The notes under the pieces were generated by a model, which was not told the origin of the DNA, made no database searches, and saw only the letters and a list, made by a program, of their open reading frames with translations. From Lama guanicoe (taxonomy: Eukaryota), in NCBI GenBank assembly GCA_013239625.1, contig MU056029.1, positions 248,001 through 312,000 of the forward strand: 64,000 nucleotides of DNA, read 5' to 3'. Below, piece by piece: positions 25,068 to 37,678 of the stretch. The translations under genes were made by a program, and so were the position numbers. How positions within the stretch are numbered: the stretch's first letter is position 1; each line of letters opens with the position of its first letter.

Positions 25068-26770
25068 CATTCTCAAAAAGAACCTCCCAATTTCTCTAGG
25101 CAATTCAGCTCCTAGTCTGGGCAATCATCAAGGCCTCTGGAGAAGGGGAGCAATTTGTCATGAGCAGGCAAAGATCACCAAGAACCAACCCTGGAAGAGC
25201 TAGGCTTTAGGGTGGAGGGTCCTGAGCCCCTCGAAGGTGTCTGTGCCCCTTGCCCTCAGCTATTGGTCCTGCTGCCTCCAAAGCTGGGTAGACTGTCCTT
25301 GGGTTACACCAGAAGTTCTATACTTGGTCACCCATCAATTCATTCCATAAACATTTTGCTCATCTATCACTTATACTGATTTAAACAAACATTTATTGAG
25401 CACCTACTCTGTGCCCAATATTGTGTGCTAGAGCCCAGGCATACCAGTGAGACACATGCTCTGTCATCATTCAGATTAGTGATTTTCCGTAGCAGCTGGG
25501 GAGGAGATAGGTGTGCACATCATATACAAGGCCTTTTTACTGCCTCTCCCTACTTGGTGGGACTTTCTGTTACAGACTATGGGGATCGATCATGTTCCTT
25601 GAGCAGACTGGAGCAGAAAAAGAGTTGAGAACCCCTGATTTTGGTGCTAAAGACAAGAAAATAAAATATCTGTCAGAAACCATAAGAATAAGCAACATGT
25701 CTAGTGATATGTTACAAGGAGGTTGGGGCAGTGTGTCCCAAAGTCTTGGAAAATAAGGATCTTTCCAGGGACTGCTAGTACACGTGTGGGCTGGGGGATC
25801 CTGGCAAGGGCTGAGTGAACAGTGAGCATGAGTCACGGGGTGTCGCTCCAGGACAGCCTCACGAAGGAGCTGGAGTGAGCTGGTCCCAGAAGGATGTAGC
25901 TGGACTCAGGACCGGGGCCACACTCAGGACTGGCCGACTTAGTTCCCTCAAATTGTTTCTGTGTCCTCCTGCCCCCTTCTAGCTCCAGGAGCCAATGATC
26001 CCAGCTGCCTGGCTGCCAGACTCGCCAGCTGCTCCCCAAAGCCCACCACCTTCTATTGCTACCAGCGCTCCCCTGAATCACAAGGATGCTGGCTGTGTCC
26101 CCACTTTCCTGGCTGAGTCTAGCTCCTGCCAGCGGGCTGAATACCCCTCCCTCTCCTCAGTCCTGGTCATCAGTTAGGGCTTCCTGTTCCTCCCCGTCTT
26201 CTCCTTATGGGCTGGGCAGGTTGGTGAAACACAGCCCCACTTTGAAGAAAGAATTCCAATGACAGAGGGACTTTAGAATAGAGCGTCTCCCCACTCCGCC
26301 ATCTCTGACACCCTTTCCCTGAATCATTTCCAATTTTCTTCCAATGGGAAGTATGTGCTGCCAAGGGCAGTGGTGGGTTCTGCTTCGCACTCTCAAGAAG
26401 GGCACAGGAAACATAATTCTGCTGTCTTAGCAGGAGGTGAACCAGCACTGGGAGGCTGCCCGGCCTGCAGAAAAGGCTTGAGGTGACTCCTGCATTTTCT
26501 GTGTCCAGATAAGGATGTGTCTCTACGGCACAGAATCAGAGGGTTCCATGGAGTTGCTGCCCACACGTGTCACAGACACGAACGGGGATGACGCATGTGC
26601 ATACAGCATGCCATACGTGTGACATGTAGATAGTGTGCTGAGATCCAGGCAGACTGTCCGAGGAGTCTGGCATGAGCAAGGAAACTTATTGGACCCTTGG
26701 TCTTTTTATTGCCACCTGACCTGAAGATAGCTGTTTATATATTTTTTTAATTTAAAAAAATCTCCAAAGT

Positions 26771-26870
26771 GGGAGGAGGCATGCTTAGCATGCACGAGGT
26801 CCTGGTTCATCTCCAGTACCTCCATTAATTAACGAACCTAATTACCTACCCCTTCCCACCCCCGCAAGCA
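26771..26870 (+). mobile_element. Vic-1-type SINE lacking the A-box segment
   Basis: GCATGCTTAGCATGCACGAGGTCCTGG; TSD AAAAATCTCCAAAG / AAAAACCTCCAAAG. Confidence 0.8.
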
Positions 26871-27644
26871 AAAACCTCCAAAGCAATAGTCCCCAGGTGC
26901 CAGTTCCTGAGTGGTGCCCAGCACGGGTGAGGTTCTCACTGGCCTCTGTCAAAACAGCAGAACAATGAGGTTTCAGAAAATGAAACATAACCAAGTTGAG
27001 ATTATGTCCTTTTTTTTTGATATCAAAATATTCTTTTTCTAATCAAATGATGGTGAAAATTAATGGTGTTTTTTAAATTAAATTCTTATTGGCAAAATTA
27101 AAAGACACCACATTTGCCCTCTTTTAATGGGCTGCTTTGTGAAAGTGTGGAAACTGAATGTGGTGGGGAAAATCCTGTTTTGGGTAAATTGTCTGGCTTT
27201 TATATAGTTTGTTTAGTTGTTGAGGCCAGGGAAGTCTTACTGGTGTTTCATCAGCATGGGAAACCAGCTTTGTCCTAGAAAGCCACCTACAGTCCTTTTG
27301 TTACTCTTAGTAAGAAATCATCTCATGTCGTGTGTGTGCATATGTTTGTATGTATGTAATTTTTTTCTGCATCAGCCTCCCACCTCCCCACCATCAGCAC
27401 ACACAAGTCTTAAACTAAACACAGTTTCAGTGGCTGGGAAGATAGGAACTTAATAACCGAGGCAAGTACGCTTTCCCAAAAAAGCAAAGGGACACAGGTA
27501 GGTAGGGAGGGGGTCCACACATTCCGGCTGCCGAGAAAGCCCTGGGGAGGCGCCTTTCCAGGGGAAGCTGCAGGATGTGGCCAGGAAACAGGCCAGGAAT
27601 GCAGGCACCAGCATCAGCTACCACAGTGGGTTTTGCTTAGGTGA

Positions 27645-27693
27645 GTCTCAAGGTCTCGGGTCTCAGGTCAGGGTCTCAGGTCAGGGTCTCAGG
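27645..27693. repeat. Short tandem repeat of GGTCTCAGGTCA-like units
   Basis: Read directly. Confidence 0.8.
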
Positions 27694-28509
27694 GTGGGCC
27701 CACTCCACTGAACAGAAGGCTGCCCAAGGAAACCGAGGCTCTTAAACGAAGGGGAAGAGGACAAAGACGTCTGCTTCCGGTCCTGGGGAAACACGCTGTG
27801 TCCTGCAAAGGTTGTTCAGATTTGGTACCCCAGGAGCTACAGGGAAGCCAGGGATGCAGGCTGGCAACCCGCTGCGTGCAGAGCTCAGAAGACAACAGGT
27901 CCAGAAAGGAATCTGAAGCCATATTTGCCGACTTCCAGAAGCAAACATCTTGGGAAGAGAGGGGCATTTAGCACGAGTAGCAGCTAAGGGTGGAAGCCCC
28001 AAGCCTGGAGGCAGTAGCTTCCAGGACGACCTGCAGCTCCTCCTGGGGGCCCTCCGGTGTGCGGGCTGAGGGGTAAGATTCACCGTCAGCAGCACATGGA
28101 ATGCTTGAGGGGAAACAGAGTATCTTTAGTTTGCCAAAGCCATCACATCGAGGAAGAGAAGAGTCTCATTTGGCGAGCCTTGACAGGACATTAATTAAAC
28201 ACACACACACAGACAAAACACCACCATTTTAGTTGAGAGGGACCTTTCGTGCTTTGTGGATCCTGTTGCAGAGTTTTCTGTAGATTCCAGCCAAGTCGGG
28301 ATACTAATCCTGAATTTTTGTAAGGACTTTCCCGTTGTAACTTACCTTAAGCCATCTGACTCCTTCTCAGATGCCGGCCCGCCCTGTCTGTGCAGCCCCG
28401 GGGGACCTCCTGGCCTCTCAGAGCCACCATTCCCAGCTACACAGCCAGGCCAATTGTATCACCTGATGACTTTATTTTAATGATTAGATGAAACAGTATG
28501 TCTGAGAAT

Positions 28510-28984
28510 TTTTAAAATGTATTTTTATTGAAGTACAGTTAGTTTACAATGTTGTGTCAATTTCTGGCATACAGCACAGCGCTTCAGTCACATAGGAACA
28601 TACACACATTCGTTCTCATATTCTTTTTCACCACAAGATAATGAACATGGTTCCCTGTGCTATATAGTACATGTTTATCCTTTTTACGTATATTAGTTAG
28701 TATCTGCAAATCTTGAACTCCCAATTTTTCCCTTTCCATCCCCTTCCTCCCCTGGTAACCGTAAGTTTGCTTCCTATGTCTGTGAGTCTGTTTCTGTTTT
28801 ATAAATAAGTTCATTTGTCTTTTTCTTTTGTTTGTTTTGTAGATTACACACATAAGTGATATCACGTGGCATTTTTCTTTCTCTTTCTGGCTGACTTTGC
28901 TTGCAATGACATTCTCCAGTTTCAACCATGTTGCTGCAAATGGCATTATTTTATTATTTTTTATGGCTAGGTAGTATTCCATCG

Positions 28985-29016
<32 letters not shown>

Positions 29017-29437
29017 TGCGTGTGTGTACCACATCTTCTTTATCCAGTCATATGTTGATGGACATTTGGGTTGTTTCCATGTCTTGGCTATTGAAAATAG
29101 TGCTGCTGTGGACATTGGGGTACATGTATCTTTTTGAATTTTATTTTTCTCTGGATATATGCCCAGAAGTGGGATTGCTGGATCATAGGGTAAGTCTATT
29201 TTTAGTTTTTCAACGAATCTCCATACTGTTCTCCATGGTGGCTGCACCAAGTTACATTCCCACCAGCAGTATAAGAGGGTACCCTTTTCTCCACAGCCTC
29301 TCCAGCATTTGTCATTTGTGGACTTTTGAATGATGGCCATTCTGGCTGGTGTGAGGTGATGTTTCATTGTCATTTTGATTTGCATTTCTCTAATACTTAG
29401 TGATGTTGAGCATCTTTTCATGTGCTTGTTGGCCATC
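28510..29437 (-). mobile_element. Relatively young L1 3' end (ORF2 C-terminus plus 3'UTR) containing a (TG)/(TGCG) microsatellite
   Basis: ORF 28954-29436(-) [19 protein letters not shown]...[14 protein letters not shown] is the L1 ORF2 cysteine-rich C-terminus. Confidence 0.93.
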
Positions 29438-31559
29438 CTAGTAGCTTTCCTTTTAATGGCAGCATAGTACTCCTGTTTCTGGATGTCCCGTTAATTTGTG
29501 CCTCAGGAGCTGGGCACACCATTTAGCTAGGACTCTTTAAATCCAAATTCAAAGCCTGAGACTCCTTGGGCCGCACTGATGACTCAAAGTCAGGCTGCAA
29601 GTCTAGGCACAGGCCCATTTCTGTCCACTTCACTCTCACCTGAGAGTGTTGGCCTTTAGAGTTCTACCTTTACATCTCTGTAGTCTATTTGCAGCCCTAT
29701 TTCAGAAGGCCTGGAGATTTGATTTTGATTCCTTCTGACCAAAAATTAGTTTTCCTGCTGTTTCTTTGTTTATACAGGAAATCCCCAGGGCAAAATAGCT
29801 CTGAGCCTTTGTCTTACCTTTTCTGGTTCTGGTCTTCTTTCAAAGTGTGGTCTTTACTCTCTCGTTAGCTCTCGGATGCGTTTAAGATGATATATTTTAG
29901 CATCATCCAGATAGTTTCGTTTTTCTCAGAGCAAGGGTCGGCCTAATTGCTCAGTCGGCCATTATTGGAACCATTTGTTACTTTCATAGTTTGGGAAAAT
30001 TTAAAAAGAAACATTCATGATAATCTGCGCTATTAGTGTCAGTTTTGACTTACAACACTGAACCGAAAAAAATCATGTTAGCATTAACATTTTCCCACTT
30101 TGTGGATATAATGTTCTTTCCAATAGCATAAGCCTAAGTACCTTGGAAAGTAAAGCTTCTATGTGTGCCTTGGAAAATTTGAAAAGCAGTCATGGGTTAA
30201 TGGACCGTGATTTGTAAAAAGATCTCAGATCTTTTTAAAGACACCCGTTCAGTATGCCCAAAGCTCATTATTCCAAGCTGAGAGAGAGGCTGCAGATGCA
30301 AGGTAGACTCCCAGCACCCAGCCATCATCTCCCAAGTAGAGATGTGAGGTGTGGAAGGCAGGACAGACAAATGAAAGAAGGAACAAGCCAGAGATCACTT
30401 GTTTCTAAGCCTGAGCTTGGAAAGGACCCAGTGCTGCACTGTGACCTGAGTGGTCACTGAGATAACAGTAAGGACAATTTACATCAGGCAGGAAAGGGGT
30501 GAGAAGCATGAGCCCCGCAGTGCAGATGGTTGTTTCCCGGGAGAACTGAGAGTCATGCCATCAGTGGTCGCTGACGAGAAGGAAGCACAATGAAAACAGA
30601 GCTGACTCGAGCCCCCGTCTGTCCCCACCATCGCACTAGGACCCAGCAGCAGACACACGGCCTCGTCTTCTGGACCTGAATTTCCATGCCACGATGCTCA
30701 GCAAGGCTGAACGGGTGCACTGATGGCCGGCGGTCCGGCAGAGTGGGGACGGCTAGGCAGAAGCACGTCTAATTTTGTTGAAAAGAGATGCAAGGCCCCA
30801 TCTGGCTCTGTTTGCTGATTCCATATGGCACAGAGGGTGGCGTGTGAACGGGCCTGTGGGTTGTGTGGCGTCTGTGTGAACAGCAGCTCCTCTGTACGGC
30901 TCCAGCTGTTGTCCATGTGCTGAGCAACAGAATGCAAATTAAAACAGCCAAGAAAGGCCAGGCTGATGTTTGTGATCTAATCTCGCCTCAAGAGGGAAAC
31001 CCTCTCCGTGCTGCAGTGACTCCTGTCTGACGTCTTTTCTCTCTGCCGCCCAGGGCCAGCTGGGTGATTCCTGCAGTAAATGGAGAATCACTGTCAGGAT
31101 GATACGTGGAGCAACAGCTTCACTGAACACTTCTGGGCACTCGGTCTGGAGACTATCCCAACCTCAGATTCTCAGATCGGGTCCTGAGCAGGGGCAGCTG
31201 TGCGTCTCTGGATGGCTCCAGTTTTCAGGGTGAATAATTGGTCTCCTATTGGCAGAGACAAGCTGCTGGACATCCCTGTCTTGTCCCTGGGCTCCAGGAC
31301 CTCCCCCAGATCATTCAGAGAACTGGCTGAATGTGCCTTACCTTCCTGCCCCAGAGTTCAGTAACAGCTTTCAAAGTGAACCCTGCTGACTCCAGACAAG
31401 GAGATACACACACACATATACACACAGACACACATGTATATATGTATCTGGATGTGTATATATGTATGTGTATGCATATACGTAATGCTATCCAGTTACT
31501 CATTAGCTACTGATTTGCTTCCATTTCTTTTGTTTTCTTTTTTTTTTTCCCTCCTTCAG

Positions 31560-31813
31560 ATTTCAGTTTCTTCTTCTTCAGAAGCCATTTTATCATTAAC
31601 ATCCAAGAGGAAACTCTCCTCAGACTTCTAGCCTGACTTTGGAAAGGAATAAAAACCAAAAAAAGAGTTGGAAAAAAAGAGATAGAGGGAGAGAGACGGG
31701 CCCGGTTTCTGACATGCTGTGTTCTCTGTTGCCTTGATTAGACAAAGATGGCCAGTACACCATGTAGACTTGCATTCTGCATCTTCAGAGCTGGCATGAT
31801 TTCTTCTTCCTGA
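31560..31813 (+). other. Candidate non-coding internal exon
   Basis: Branch-like TACTGAT near 31508, long polypyrimidine tract, CAG acceptor at 31557-31559. Possible donor TGA/GTGAGC at 31814. Confidence 0.25.
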
Positions 31814-32214
31814 GTGAGCGTATCCAGGCCAGTGTCTAAAATTTACCTTCTTTCCTCTTGTGAATAACAGCTCTGGGATTTGGTACCTTGATGGATGTGT
31901 GCCTTTGATGATGTGTTTAGCATCAATCATATTGATTCTCGTAATTTGTTTTCCCTCTGCCCGAACTGTTCCCTGCAGACTGGTTTACTTTGACAGTGTT
32001 TACATGGGTCCTGATGAGAACTATGCACAGGCTCACTGAAGTGATGGTCTTGGAAGCTGAGAGCAAGAGGCCACATATCAGGTTCTATTTACCTGAGGAA
32101 AAGGTGACCTTAACTGAAATTCGTAAATTGTCCTTGTGATTTCTTTATTATTATGTACAGAAATTTCACCAGACTTTTATTTGCCATTCTTAAAAGTTAC
32201 GATGATCCTCAACA

Positions 32215-32950
32215 AACCAAAACAAAACACAGAATTACCATGTAATCCATGCTGGCTTCGGCAGTGCGCACACTGAAACTGGGGCCACACAGGGAGGATT
32301 AGCACGGCCCCTGCACAGAGATGACATGCAGATTCATGAAGCGTTCCATGTTTAGGAAAAAAATTACCATGTATCCCACCAATTCCACTTCTCAACTCAA
32401 AAGAGTTAGCATCAGGGACTCAAACAGGCATTTGTACATCTATGTTCAGAGAGGCAGTATCCACAATAGTCAAAGGGTGGAAATAGTTCAAAAGATCATT
32501 GACAGAAAAATGGATAAACAAAATGTTGTCTCTATGTCCAGTGGAATAGTATTCAGCCCTAAAAAAGAAACGAAATTCTGACACATGCTACCACATGGAT
32601 GAACCCTGAGAACTTTACGCTAGGTGACATCAGCCAGTCAAAAAAGGACAAATATTGTATAATTCCTCTTATATGAGATGCCTGGAGGAATCAAAATCAT
32701 TCTGCAATCACCAAAAGCAGAATGGCGGCTGCCATGGTCTGCAGAGAGGGGAAAAAGGGGAGTTGTAGTCTACCGGGTACAGGGTTTCAGCTGGGGAAGA
32801 TGAAGGGCTGGAAGATGGATGGTGGATGGATGGGTGGATGGTGGGGACAGTTGCACAACCATGTGACTGTACTTAATGCCACTAAACCATACACTTAAAA
32901 ATGGTTAAAATGGTAAGTTTTATGTTGTGTATATTTTACCACAATAAAAA
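32215..32950 (+). mobile_element. Old L1MB-type 3' end hosting the U6 retrocopy
   Basis: Ends ACACTTAAAAATGGTTAAAATGGTAAGTTTTATGTTGTGTATATTTTACCACAATAAAAA. Confidence 0.85.
32249..32353 (+). pseudogene. RNU6-ps: U6 snRNA retropseudogene, full length
   Basis: Gapless alignment to U6 with 23 mismatches in 105 nt, short A tail, TSD AATTACCATGTAATCC / AATTACCATGTATCCC. Confidence 0.95.
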
Positions 32951-33930
32951 GTTATGATTAATGTGGATTTATACATATTAAACCATATACTCTCTGCCTA
33001 CAGCGCTGGAATTTGAAGGGAAAGACATCGATGTGAGGGAGGTTTTAGGCTGCCTGCAGTCACTCTGGGTTATGCTGGTCTGTCGAATCACCCTTGTACA
33101 CAAGTGTGGGGCTTATCAGCATCATCTTGGAAGAGCTGCTGTATCATTTTACCACTGTTACAAGCCGGTTTAATGTGCCCCTGCTGAGACTCTCTTGTCC
33201 TGCTTGGCTTTTTATAGTTTGGAGGAAATTAATTTTCGTGTGCCTCTAGTATTTATTGCAACATCAGAAGAAAAGGGTGAGTTTTGTATTGACTTTGATT
33301 TTTCTTCTTCAAGTAACATTAAAAGGTACCAGTGTAGAAAGAAACTGAAAAGGAGAGGTCTTTCAAAAAGTCTTCAATTTAGGTTTTATGGCTAAAGAAA
33401 AGTCAAAGAACCAAAGTGCTAAACTGAAGCTCCAGGGCTATTTTGATCCAAGAACATTTTTGAAATCCATGTCAGCAAGGTGATTAACAATGTGGACATT
33501 TATGGATTGTTCAGTGAAATAATTTATCATACTTCTGACACCCAGACACAGATGGGGGAATGAGGAAGACCCTTCAGCATGGTCACAACATGATTTCACA
33601 GTAATCTTGGGGCCTTCAAACGCAATTTGGTATGGTTTGAAAAACTTGGGAATTATTTTAGCCAAGTTAGAGTATTCTTAATGAAAATGTTTACGGTGAA
33701 TCTAACTGAAGCTTTTGTTTTGACTTCTAGTTCACGAGAGAGAGAGAGCACCTAGTCAAATGATGCCACCAATGACATCGCCATCAAATCCCGAATGTGG
33801 ACGTTCATTTCATGAGGCAACTGCCCTGGTGTCTTCAAAACATCATGACCAAAAGGGACTAAGAAGATGTAACAACCACATGCAACACGTGAATCTTGGT
33901 TGTATCCACATTTAAAAAACTGAGCTACAA

Positions 33931-34240
33931 TGTGAAACAGAAACAGACTCACAGACATAGAATACAAACTCGTGGTTGCCAGGGAGGAGGTGGGTGGGAA
34001 GGGACAGACTGGGAGTTCGAGATTGCTAGATCCCGACAGGTATATACAGAATAGTTAAACAAGTTTATACTGTGTAGCACAGGGAAATAAATACAAGATC
34101 TTGTAGTAGCTCATAGGGAAAAAGAATATGAAAGTGAATATATGTATATTCATGTATGACTGAAAAATTGTGCTGTCCGCCAGAAACTGACATAGCATTG
34201 TAAACCGACTATAACTCAATTAAAAAAATAAATTAAAAAA
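33931..34240 (+). mobile_element. L1 3' end with TSD, inside an older L1 remnant
   Basis: TSD AAAAACTGAGCTACAA / AAAAACAGAGCTACAA. Confidence 0.85.
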
Positions 34241-35069
34241 AACAGAGCTACAAAAAACATTTTGGAGATGATCGGGAAATGCTAACATATAGTTGATATT
34301 AGGAAATTAAGGTCAAGTGTGATTATGCTATTGGAGTCATAGAGTCACTTTTAATGCAGCATGTGGAGTGTCGTGGCCAGCTTTGTCCAGTTGCTGGACA
34401 CCCTATGGGTGGAGCAATGGTGAGGGGCACACTGCAGTGAGTCTCCCAGGGCCACGTGCCTAGACAGGGACTCTAAGGGGCAAACGGGGATGCAACTCAG
34501 TCCACTTTTGATCTCTTTCCCAGGTTTGCAATTATTATCCCAAAGCATAATGATCTTGCAGCTGCACAGCATCCCTTCATCTGGAAATTTGGAAGATTTC
34601 TTCCCTCTTGAACTGTGTACAGATTTTTCTAAGGTAAATGATATTTCAACAAATGGGTATTAGAATAAGTTCCTAAGAGTGTAATTCCAGAGCGGAGGGT
34701 ATAAACATTATTAAAACTCTGAATACATATAGCGAAACTGCTTACCCAGAAGGCTATCAACATTAATAGTTTCTCCACTGTCAGCCCAGTTCACCAAAGC
34801 CTTTCAAGCCCTGGAATTAAAACAGAGGGAACATTTTCCAGCCACCTCCACCCTCCCCATGTAGACCTTGCCTTCCAATTAAGCTGAGTGTATTCCGGGG
34901 CCCCAGTGGGCTCTGTCCTCCTCTGCTGCCAGGTTCCTCCACACAGAGGCTGCCCCCTGTTCCTCTTCTGCTCATTCAAGTGCTGTAGGCACCTCCCAGG
35001 CACATGTCAGCCAGCGACAACCTCAGACGTACACAGCAGGCTGCCAAACAAACAACTGTGTGTACAAAC

Positions 35070-35240
35070 TACAACGTATAAAATAAATAAGCTACAAGGA
35101 TGTGCTGTACCTCCCAGGGAAGATAGTCAATATTTATAATAACTATACAGAGTATAATCTTTAAAAATTGTGAATCACTCTGTTGTATACTTGAAATTAA
35201 TCTTATATTGCAAATCAACTATATCACAATTTCTAAAAAA
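35070..35240 (+). mobile_element. Short L1 3' end
   Basis: GAATCACTCTGTTGTATACTTGAAA...TGCAAATCAACTAT motif. Confidence 0.7.
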
Positions 35241-37543
35241 ATGTGGAACAGGGTCAATTGGTGAGGAAATCATATGTGACTTTCACTTGGAAGGGAGTGA
35301 CACGGAAAAAAAATCCCTAATGACAAATCTGACATTTATCTGCATTACAGACGATGGCGAGTCTGGAGCATTCAGCAAAGCCTGAGGCACCATGCCGTTC
35401 CGTTTAAATGTCAGGGATGTCTTTGGAGACAGACCGTCTACTCCCATACCCACCTCTACACACTAAGTGAAGGCGGTCAACTCCTGCATCTCTGCCCCAG
35501 GCTTTTGCTACCTGGATAAATGCCCCAGGCAGGGCCAGCCTCGTGGGTGCCCTCCGTCCCCCTCACTGAGAAGGACATTGCTGTCATTGTCATGAAATTC
35601 CTGTAGTTCTGTTCTTGGGCTCGTGTGTTTCGTAGGTGAAGGCGATGATTCCTGGAGCATGTGTGTGAGCAGAGGAGAGCCACACGAGGTGTGTGTCCCC
35701 CACCATTGTTTCTGGCCTCCCCATTCCCAGAGAACATTCCCGATGGCCCCCCAAGCCCCAAATTTAGGGAGCCAGGAAGCCGGGAGGAAGTGAGTACAAA
35801 GTGAGTGTGTCACGTCTATGACCGAGGAAAGGGGCGCAAACAGCCCAGGAGGCCGTGCTTTCTGTTCACACTGGAACTCGCTCCACAGGCGGAGAGAAGG
35901 TTTGGGAACAACTGAAGAACCTTGTCACATCCTTTCTTACCTCTGTTACTTCCCCGTGTTAGCCAATCACTTATGCTGAAGTTGAAGACATAGAGGAAAA
36001 GCAAAGAGCGGGCGGCCCACCTTTCCGTCCAAGGCCTTCCTCACTCATCAGCGCCAGAGATGCCTGGTGTCAGGGGTGGACGCCCATGGACAAGTGAACT
36101 GAAACTAGACGGGCTTGTTTCGTGTGGCCACCTTTCTGGGAAGAGATACAGATGTCTTGTGAACTACCAGACACAGATTGTATAACGTTTTTGATTCTGC
36201 ATGAGTTAAATGCTGGTATTTGCCTTTAAAACTAGCATTGCATAGTATAAAGATGACCATAATAATTTAAAAGTCTTCCTCGTCCCTTGTTTGGAATAAC
36301 TTTGCGGTGTCTTCTCCATTGTGGGTAGACACCTCCAGTGTGGCTGAGGTCCAGCTGTCCCCATGAATACTGGCTTGACGATAACCCACCACCGCCACCA
36401 CCACCCCAGCCCGTGTTCCCTCCCTTTTGAATTCCCCACCCCTCAGCGGTCTTTTCTGTATCACTTCCCCAAAACACTACTTAACACTCAGGTGATGGAA
36501 TCAGGGCCTCTCCCGCAGACTCCATCACAGACACATCTCTCTACACTGAGAGTCCCGGCAGGAATGTCTCCTCCGTGACTCTGCCCTGAGCAGATAAATC
36601 ATTGACAAGCCAGTAGAGAGCTTTGATGTGTGTCTTATCAGCCCGCTTTGCAGCTCACCGCAGCTCAGACAGGCCGGGAGGCAGCAGCGCCTTTTGAAAG
36701 TTTGTTGACATTTTGAAGAAAAATGTTAAGTTGCTAGTTTTAGAAATATTGAAGTCAACAATCAAAATATTTTTTGGTGAATGTCAGGATATCCCAAAAT
36801 AAATACCCTTTCATCATTTCATCCACTCTTGGAATTCATTTTGTAGACGCCTGGGGGGTTCTGTTAGCCTCACGGGGCCCCTGAACTTCCTAGCCAAGGT
36901 GAATCCAATGTGGACGGACCTGTTGAGCCGTGATGTACATGGGCCGCAGGGGTCCCACTGTCCCTTGTCATACTCTTTTCTGAGTTGCAGGGCCTTCCCA
37001 ACCCAGTCCCAGGATGCAGAGCAGTGGGGGGGCCTTATCGAGTGAGGCGGGAGGAGTTGGTACTTTTGTCCTGAGCTCGGGGCATCCGTCCCACTGGCGC
37101 AGAATCACTGAATGGCTGAGGTACAGTCATTCCCAGGGCAAATGTCCTGGGTGCACCCATCATGTCTGGAACCAGAAGACCCACTGAGCGCCAGGATGGC
37201 ACTGAAACTTCACCTTCTAGTCCTTACTGACGGGGCCTCGCATGACCATCTGTACTGGGCCTGGCGAGACGGAAGGGCTGCCCTTCCTCCCCTCTGAGGA
37301 GTGCAAGGGACACAGTTGAATCAGAGCAGATTCCACTCCAGCAGATTGTAACCCAGTCTCACTCTTGACCTGGGAAGCCCAGTCTAGTTCTAATAATTTC
37401 GACTCTTTTGAGCCTCGCTTAGAGAACAAACACCCCACACATCAAGGCTTTGACGTGGGCCTCACTTAAAAGTGCCAGTCTGGGAGTGCTCTGTGTGGTT
37501 TTCACAATGATGGAGCCACATCACAATTAAAGTGTCATGTTTG

Positions 37544-37678
37544 GGAAGGAGGGATAGAAGCTCAGTGGGAGAGCACGTGCTTAGCGTGCACGAGGTCCTG
37601 GGTTCAATCCCCAGCACCTCCAGTAAAAAAATAAATAAACCTAATTACCCCTCCCCAAAAGATTTCTTTAAAAAAAAA
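37544..37678 (+). mobile_element. Vic-1-type SINE
   Basis: tRNA-like A and B boxes (GCTCAGTGG; GGGTTCAATCCC). TSD TGTCATGTTTG at 37533 and 37679. Confidence 0.9.
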
